Source of the DNA: Chrysomallon squamiferum
Lineage: Eukaryota > Animalia > Mollusca
DNA length: 64,000 nt
NCBI GenBank assembly: GCA_012295275.1
Contig: CM022671.1
Coordinates: 22,816,001 to 22,880,000, forward strand
Reading direction: 5' to 3'
Below the pieces are notes generated by a model. That model did not search any database. It worked only from the letters and a program-made list of their open reading frames with translations, and was not told the origin of the DNA. A program made the position numbers and the translations under genes. Shown here in pieces: positions 54,975-64,000 of this stretch; position 1 is the first letter of the stretch; every line of letters begins with the position of its first letter.

Positions 54975-55204
54975 ATAAAGCATTTTATTTATAGAATGTA
55001 TTATGTTCTTCACAGATACTTATATAAATACAGGACTATATGAAACACAGGTTTCAATATTTGATCGCCATTTTTAATTTGGAACACGTATACTGGTACA
55101 GACTGAATCATATACGGAAAACTGCAACATACGATAATGAAAACGAAAATAATTTGTTCTCATATTGTTATTTGCCAGATATATTAAACTTAATCAAACA
55201 TACC

Positions 55205-55414
55205 CAACGGCGTAGCTAAGATATGACAAATATGGCACGAGCCCTAGGGCGCAAACTGAAGAGGGTGGGGGGCTTCAGACATTTTAAATTAAACTTGCCT
55301 GGTAATTTTAGTTGAATTAATGATGAAGTTATCTAAAAATGGGTGTCGTATGTTTTGTCAGGGGCGCAATTTCGGTGCTCGTCACATGCGTTATTTTCCG
55401 TAGATACGCTCCTG
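55205..55414. mobile_element. Possible decayed non-autonomous DNA transposon (MITE)
   Basis: Degenerate inverted ends CAACGGCGTAGCTAAG / CGTAGATACGCTCCTG (11/16 match) with subterminal GGGCGCAA motifs. No TSD found. Confidence 0.35.
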
Positions 55415-55583
55415 TTTAAATCACGATACAAGACGTAGCCCTCTTGTTTAAACGCTCCTGTTTAAGTCACGTCACAAGACGTAGCCCTACTTGTACAGAT
55501 TGTAACGCTACACGCTCCTGTTTAAATCACGTCACAAGACGTAGCCTACTTGCACAGATTGTAACGCTACACGCTTCTGTTTG
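55406..55583. repeat. ~46-60 bp tandem repeat, 3 copies plus a partial
   Basis: ACGCTCCTGTTTAA(A/G)TCACG..CAAGACGTAGCC starts at 55406, 55452 and 55512, partial at 55571. Confidence 0.9.
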
Positions 55584-56633
55584 TAAGGTGTTTTACACAG
55601 TCACACCTACGCGTTAACCGGCATCCTTGTCAACTCGTGGTGATAAATCTGTGTCGTTGTTTATATCCCTGCGATTTGTTCGGTAAATCACGTTATTCAG
55701 AAACTGCAGCGCCAACAAAACAGATGACAATGATAATACGCAGTAGTGCCTTGATACTGACGCGACTTGGTGTTCAGGTTTACAGGTCAAGGTCTTACAT
55801 GGTATCAGACGGGAACGAAATACGATTATCTGAGAGAGGATTACAAATGTTATTTTATTGTTGTGTGTTTTTTTATTTAGATTTTTTTTTTTTTTTATAT
55901 ATATAAAAAAAAATTTTTTAAAGTGATTACCTTCTTACGATAAAATATGTGAGGTTCAAATAAGACAAATAAGATTTCCTTTAAGTCTGGGATTAAATGA
56001 AGAATATTTTGAATCTTTTCTGTTGATCTGTTTTACCTTAGCATCCTTCGTATTGATTTATTTTATTTTATTTTATTTTATTTTATTTAGTTAGTTTTAC
56101 TTTTATGATATGTTCGAGATATGTTTGTCTTTTTCCTTTTCTATTTTTACGGGGAGGTTCCTTGCACAATTTCTTCTGGTAGTTTCTGCAAATGTTTAGA
56201 ACTTTTTTCTCTTTATTTTTTCACTCATACATTGCATATTATTTCTTCATTCTATGGGTGTTTTTTTTTTTTTTTTTTTTTTTTTTAAAGTTTTAATGGA
56301 ATTCATTTATGACGCTGTTATAAAGATTTGATTTCCAATCTAGGGACAAATATGTGGGTGGGCTGATGAGTCAATCGTTTCTTTTAAGAGAAAGTAAATT
56401 ACACTAAATATGACTTCTCTTGTTGAACTGCTTCTTAATTTGCTGACTTGTTCTTCAGTTTTGTCCGTAAGTTTTCTATTCGAGTTATAGCGAGTCAGTT
56501 TCAGTTTCGCCAGCAATACAAAATTACATGCCTAAGGTTTCACGTGCTTATTCAGCAAGATATTTTTGACGTCAAGATAATTTTTATTTTTTATTTTTTT
56601 TAAAATTTTGAAGGTCATGCGTGCGTGCGTGAT

Positions 56634-56692
<59 letters not shown>

Positions 56693-58387
56693 GATATATA
56701 TATATATATATATATATATCGGAATATTTGCATCTTTCAAAAATAAAATACATTTTTATCTTTCATCAACATTGTAATAATAATAATAATTATTATTATT
56801 ATTATTACTATGACAATGATGATGATTGTAATAACAAGCACAACAATAAATCAGATAAAGTTATACATTGATTAATAATGTCTGTCAAGTCGAATACATC
56901 TATACAATATTACAACGCATAATGAAAACCTCTGTGACATCATCTTTTATGAAATAGAAAGTAATCTGATAAACGTTTATTAATGTCGTGAAATATTACT
57001 TTTTTATTTCATTTGCGAGAGACCTAAATATGATACAGACAATCACAGCTGAGCTGAAACGCCCAACTAACTGAATCCTGATATCCAAGATATTTCAGAA
57101 TTATATAGGTTAGCAAAATTTGGTTTTCCTACTCACAGGTTGAGCGAACAGTGAATCCCTAATCTAGACTTTTCAATGCTTGACTATAACCTCACTTGAC
57201 TATAACCCCACAATAAGCAGAAGAACAAAAATAAATATTTAATAAAACGTCTGATAAAGAGGCATGAACTTAAATTGCAAGATTACCAAGCTTGGTCAAA
57301 AATAATATACTAAGCGCAGTATTAAATAAACCATTTTTTTATTTATTTATTTATTTTTTTTTTAAATTCTTAAATGTTTTGTTGATTTATAGTTTTCTTA
57401 AGCAGATTAAAAAAAAGTGTGTTGGGGGTGAGGAAGATGTACAAAACGGCAATTAAAAAACGTACACAGAGCTATTTTTCAGATGCCATTTTTTTTTTTT
57501 TTTTTGTTAAGGCGTATCAAAGGACATATTAACTATACTTAAATATCGAGAAAGATAACTCTTTCTACAGCTCATTTCTGCGTAATAACATCATCAGACA
57601 ACTTGGGTAATAATAACAGTATCATAGTAACATTTATGTTCAATACTTAATTCGAAACGCTAGCACTCTTGTACTTTCTTTAGAAAGCAATAAAATGTCA
57701 AGTGCGTAGTTATCCTCTGAGCTAAGTTTTAGATAAAGAAAAAGAAAACTGAGCACGCATGTCCAGGAGCTGCAGTCCGCGACACAAAATAGTCTCACTG
57801 ACATTAACAATTATCAAAAGAAACCTGACAAAATATTCTTAATTTTCATTCTTCTTCTTCTTAATCTTCTTCTTCTTCTTCTTCTTCTTCTTCTTTTTAT
57901 TATTACTATTATATTATTATTTTTTCATCGTGATGGTAAATATCAGTTAATATCTGTTTTTTTTTTTTTTTTTTTTTATGAAATTGAAACCTGTGACTTT
58001 TTTAAAGGTGTATAATTATATCATGTAATTGTTCGTTTTTTTATAATTATTTTATATGTATGTATGTATGTATGTATGTATATATGTATATATATGCATG
58101 CATGTATGTATGTGTGTATGTATGTATGTATGTATGTATGTATGTATGTATGTATGTATGTATATATATATATATATATATTTTTTTTTCTTTCTTATAG
58201 ATAACACGTAATGTCTAATGGAATTGTGTTTTTGTGATATTGAAACTAGTGACGTTTTATGGAGTAAGTTCACAGAATATAGACTCCATTATTATTATTA
58301 TTTTTTCATCAAGATTAATATCTTATAATGTGTGTTTGTCATATCTTCCTGAAACCAGAAACACGTAACCTTTAAAAACACACCGTT

Positions 58388-58420
<33 letters not shown>

Positions 58421-58728
58421 CGTAATCTATATTTTATATCATAGTAATATCTGGTTTTAATTTGTCCCGTTCCAGCCAGTGTTTCGCATTTTGTTTTCTT
58501 TTAATGGAATAGGAAAGTAAATAATTTCTGTTTGCTAATCAGAAAGAAAAAAGGTTTTGAAAAAAGGTTGTATAATTATACATAGAAAGATAATTAGACA
58601 GATAGATGGAGAGAGATAAATAGTTAGATACATAGATAGATACATAGAGAGATAAATATAGATTACATTGTTAAATACTAGCATGGGAAGAGCCAAGGGA
58701 AAAACAAAATAACATTTTTGTTTCGAAA

Positions 58729-58767
<39 letters not shown>

Positions 58768-58844
58768 TAAAAAAAATATAAATAAAAAATATAAATCTGA
58801 TCCAAGCAATTCAAAACACTTCGTAAAAATCAAGGCCAACAACA

Positions 58845-58948
58845 CACCCCCAATAACACCACACCCCAATAACACCACACCCCAATAACAGCACACCCCA
58901 ATAACACCACACCCCAAAAACACCACACCCCAATAACACCCCACCCAG
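58845..58948. repeat. 16-bp minisatellite, ~6 copies (ACACCCCAATAACACC), G-rich on minus strand
   Basis: Direct periodicity of 16 (58861, 58877, ...). Confidence 0.9.
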
Positions 58949-60528
58949 AAATAAAATAACACCATAAAAGCCTCAAACAATAAAACAGACACAAAACTGT
59001 TCCCCTCAAAACCCACTTGGTATTTTGTAGGCACAGAAATATGGAATTATTAAACAAGTGTTCTTGCACTTGCTAACAAACGGGCCACCACTCCTGTGCC
59101 GATTTGTAAACCAGTTTCTCACCTGACATGAGAAATAATCAATAACTGATTTATAACTCACCATTCTACAAACGCTGTGAACGTATAGTTCGTGTTTGTT
59201 TAAAGACTGTTTTTTTTTCTGTCTGCTCCTGTCCATTCTCAGAGTTTTTCTTTTGTGGCGAGTTCGTCATTGTACAAACCAAACAATTCATGGGAAAGTA
59301 TTCTCGTTGAAAAGGGAAGTCGTTTATCTCAATAATAACAATATTATAAATACCATAAATAAAGACAAAATCTGTCTGGGATTGGCAACGATAAATACAC
59401 TTTTTACGTTTTGCTCTCTTTCAGTGGTGATTATGGCCATAGAAATTTTTTAAAAATAAACCTAATGTTAATGAATGTGACGAAAATATTCATGAATTTA
59501 CTTTTATAACCAGCTAATAATAGTCTAAATAAACTTTACCAAAAAAAAAAAAAAGGTTTCCATTTTGTGATTTACTGAAATAGACTGTGTTTAAGTTGGA
59601 CACGTTATTTGGGAGATTATTTTATTTCATTCTAAACAACCATTTAGTACATCAGACAGAAGGGTAGGCTTACGAAATATTGCTTTCTGAGAAATTAAAA
59701 TAATGAATGAACTGTGTGGTACAGATTTTTTACCAAATATAGCTTGAATGGAAATAACAGAGCTTTTCTACAGTGACACAGTGCGTGATATTATTAAAAA
59801 GAGCGACCCTACATTTATTCAGATCATTGGGGCAGTAGTTTCAGCTATTTTAACATAGTTTTATTTCTGGAATATTTTTAATAGAAAAATTATTTTTTAA
59901 ATACAGTACTTGAAGATTATAAAGACCATAAAACCATTTAAACTAAGGGATGCAGAGCCGAGTAAATATGAAATCAATTTTTATTGATATTTTTTAATTG
60001 CAGTATCACAATTAGAATCAGTTTTACCCTTGTGATGATATTTATTATTATTATTATTATCATTATCATCATCATCGTCATCACCATCGTCATCATTATC
60101 ATTACTGTCGTCGTCACTGTTGTTAAAGTGTTAACTGCATGGCAGATGATTACAGTAAATCTAGAAAGGTACATTTTGTCTACATTATATTTGATCTCTG
60201 TATTAAATGTTACAAAAATCAGTTTAAGTTTGATAAGTATTGCTGACCAATGACTTGTTTAAGTTCATACGGGCACATCACCGGTTTTTTAAGGAATGAT
60301 TTTTTTTCATTTTAACTAAATGTATGTAACTGAATTCTCATCTTTGGTTTATTCAAACAATATGCTTTCTGATGAAAAAATTCAGTGCTAGACTGTAATT
60401 TCTATGTATTAAATACAAAGAGGGAAAGAAAAGGTGCAATAATAAAAATAATAAACAAATAAATAAATAAATAATAAAAAAAAAATAATAATAATATATA
60501 ATATATGTATATATACATATACATACAT

Positions 60529-60561
<33 letters not shown>

Positions 60562-60747
60562 ACCTGATATAAATGAATAAATAAATAAAATTAAAAAAAA
60601 TTAATTAAAAAACAACATACCGCTTTAAACTGTAATTAATTCAGAGATTTAATTTAAATATTGGGATAGTCTGTAGCTTAGTTGTTTATCCCAGTGATAA
60701 ATCCGAATCAGTTCTCGTCATTTCTCGTCACAGTTACTGTGTGGCAA

Positions 60748-60845
60748 CGGGTACCGGACCATTTATCCGGACTCCTTGGGGCCTGAGGCATTCCGGATTT
60801 CTGGTACCAAGGCATCTAAACGCCGGATAATTGGTCCGGTACCTG
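60748..60845. mobile_element. 98-bp MITE with 23-bp terminal inverted repeats, pogo/Tigger-like
   Basis: CGGGTACCGGACCATTTATCCGG (60748-60770) versus CCGGATAATTGGTCCGGTACCTG (60823-60845), 21/23 complementary. TA follows the right end (AA on the left). The CAGGT..TTATCCG..CTTGGG.CC layout resembles Tigger4/Zombi-type ends as recalled. Confidence 0.7.
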
Positions 60846-61680
60846 TACTAATTTATCAAAGGCCATGCTTGGTATGTGCTGTTAACAGAAAAAGAGTAGC
60901 CAAACGAATGGAACCAGCATCTTCCCCTGTCTGTTAAAAATTTTGAAGCATAAGGTAACGTAAAGAAAGACAAATAATACAGAAAAAGATGAATAAAACC
61001 TAAATTATATATTACTTTTTTCTCTCTTTTTTTTTTTTTTTTTTTTTTTTTTTAGTTCTTCTTTTTTTTTTTTTTTTTTTTTTCCAAGGCATTTAGTACC
61101 TCACGTAAGCAATAAGGATCGATACGGTCGTCAGTAATAATGAGTTTAACACGATTTACCGTGTTATCAAGCACTGATTGTAATAACTGGCTCTGTTGCC
61201 GTAACACCAGCTTAAGAAACGGCTCGCCGCCGATCTTTTTGCCTTTAACGACTTAATGAGGTGCGCGCTTGCCGATGGCGTGTTGTACAAAATGACACCA
61301 ATGACGTCAAAGCTATCGCACCGAAAGCCGGGAATCAATTTGTTACGCTGGGTTTAATTTCCACAGTAGTGCAGAAGTTTGGCAGAGAGATCTATCTTGA
61401 TAGAAATATCAGAAGAAGTAATGGTAACGAAAAACCTCAGATAAAATTCAAAATATCCATTAATTAAAAAAAAATTTTGTATTATTCGCCCCCCCACCAC
61501 ACCACACACAACAGAATTAACTGAATAAAAGAAAGATTTAGTTCTAGTTCCAGTATATCATTTATCTGAGCAAATTTTAAAAGTGAAACCTTTTTTGTTT
61601 CTTTTTCTATCGTCTTTCCTTTTTTTAAGTACAGAGGGCAAAATTTAATTTTTGGTTTGCCAGTGTGTACGACCAGTTAC

Positions 61681-61684
<4 letters not shown>

Positions 61685-61760
<76 letters not shown>
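61685..61760. repeat. (GA)n microsatellite
   Basis: Directly visible. Confidence 0.95.
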
Positions 61761-61763
<3 letters not shown>

Positions 61764-62206
61764 CAAATGAACATTTTACTGTCAGTGTAACTTTAATTTC
61801 ATTTAGATCTGAGAGCTGAAACTTTAACTTAGCCTTCGCATTTAATTAAGTCTAGACAGAAGCAATTTAAAGTTCTTTATTATTTTTATTTATTTTCCCC
61901 CTCACAGAACAGAATCCACGTTTATTTGACTTTCTAGTACAATGTTTACATAACCTGACATTTACTTAGAGCCAAAGACGTCAGTCTTACTGGACAAGTT
62001 ATTAGCTGAATTCTTTCAGTGCTTGTTATTAAAATACCTATGTTTCGTATGTCTGTCTGTCTGTCTGTCTGTATGTATGTATGCATGTATGTATGCATTT
62101 ATATATGTATGTATGTATGTATGTGAGTTTGTGTTTGAGAGTGAGAGAAAGTGACAAATGTACTTTCCTCATTTCGTTTTCTTTTCTTTTGCATACATCA
62201 GTTGTT

Positions 62207-62209
<3 letters not shown>

Positions 62210-62284
<75 letters not shown>
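62210..62284. repeat. (CT)n microsatellite
   Basis: Directly visible. Confidence 0.95.
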
Positions 62285-62287
<3 letters not shown>

Positions 62288-62646
62288 ACAGGTGACTTTG
62301 CTTCAGTAGTTGAGTTTAGAAAATATGAAAAAGTGATTGTTCAAGCAAAATTGCACATGGGACAGGAAATAACCGTGTAAAGCGCATATTGATTTTAAAA
62401 TCACTTATTAGTATTCTTCTCGCGTGTGAAATTCGATATGAACCAAACTCCCTTGTTCTTCGTAAAACAGTTAAACTTGTGATATGACCACAAATCCATT
62501 TAGAAACATTGCCAGTCATGGGCTGAGATTAAACCAATACATCAAACTGAAATCGCAAAATTGCTAAATATTAGTTCTGATGGCCGGTAAAAAAAAAAAA
62601 AAAAAAAAAGTGTGGGTGGTTATCTTTCAGACTGAAATACGCTATG

Positions 62647-62709
<63 letters not shown>

Positions 62710-62874
62710 TTATGTATATGAATATATATATATATATATTAGAATAACGAAAGAAAACAGAAAAGAAGAAATGACTGAAATAATGCAAAAGTAAAATAAA
62801 AATAGAAAATAGAATTTGATTATTTTAATTTATATATATATATTTTTACAATTCTTCTTCTTCTTCTTCTTCTT

Positions 62875-62905
<31 letters not shown>

Positions 62906-63968
62906 TTATTATTATTATTATTACTTATAGTGGGGAAGGGTATGCCTCCATATCTGGTATGAACGTTCTTTTTCATGCAAATAGTCTCTAGGGCTTTGAC
63001 ACGCCTATCTACTAGAAAACAGCGATGGTAAATTGGCCTAATCTTAATAACTTTTCTCTATCTTCCTTCAGCCAGCTGGTTGTTTAGATATCTGTGTTGG
63101 TGTGAGATACTCACGGGTGACTAATTACTTCTTACTGGTTTGTAAAAGCAATTTTATATTAATAATCAACTAAACCGCAAGGAGAAAATAAAATTAATTT
63201 CGTTAAAGACCTAAATTACAAAAGAGAGGGAAAAAAAAAAAAAAAAAAAAAAAATCGTTAAAACTTATATTAGAAGCATTCATCAAATTTGCAAAACCTC
63301 TCCGGATATAAACTCATTTATTTCTGACATACTGACATTCGGTTATTTTTATCTACGTTTAATTGTTCTATTTTCATCCAATTGTGTATACGAAATTGTT
63401 TATAGACTGAAGCTCTTTTCATCAGCCAATCTGTTGAATTTAGCTGAGATCAAAAGAAGGTGTGTTGAAAATGTGGGTGGCTCTGTATTGTTTTGCGTGT
63501 TGTTGTTTTTTCCTGAATGGTACGTAGTGAATGGAAAAATTTGGATTAAAACTATATTTGTTCCTTTTTACTCTTTTTTTTTCTAGACACACTGGAATAG
63601 ACCTACTGACACTGTGACCTATAAATTTTATATTAATACGAAAATAGACGAAAAATCCCACCATAATGTCTCTAAATAAAGAGGAATAAAGTTATAGGGA
63701 TGTAGTTGTGGGAGTTTTAAAAAAATAAAAAAAAGAAGAAACGTTAATGTTAATTAAATGGACTAATCATTTTCTGTATGTTGCAAGATTAGATTTGAGA
63801 TATTGCATTCTTTATTTCAGTAAGAACAGTTTCATTTTAGTTTTAACAAATAAACCGTAAGAGAAATGGTATGTGTTATAGTAAATGCAGACGAATTAAT
63901 ATTATGCTAAGTAATTTTATAACGTTCAGATTAAACATCAACGAAATGGTGATTCAGTAAGCGATAAC

Positions 63969-64000
<32 letters not shown>

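Overview
AT-rich, extremely microsatellite-dense eukaryotic (invertebrate, probably protostome; composition resembles cephalopod or decapod genomes, which is an inference) genomic DNA. Only one protein-coding gene is supportable: an ABHD15-like alpha/beta-hydrolase-fold pseudo-enzyme on the minus strand at the left end. Its ORF (903..1943) stops early, but the missing C-terminus with the GGHCGF catalytic-His motif continues in the -1 frame to a stop at 742. The frame change sits on two overlapping slippery heptamers followed by a hairpin or possible pseudoknot, so it is either a homopolymer sequencing error (the more parsimonious reading) or a programmed -1 frameshift. The remaining ~62 kb is non-coding. 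It holds candidate upstream first exons/promoters, at least 13 perfect CRE palindromes, a near-perfect miR-981 (MIR-76 family) complement, several minisatellites (16, 20, 28, ~60 and ~72 bp units), small MITE-like elements and many simple repeats. Nearly all other ORFs in the track are translations of simple repeats.
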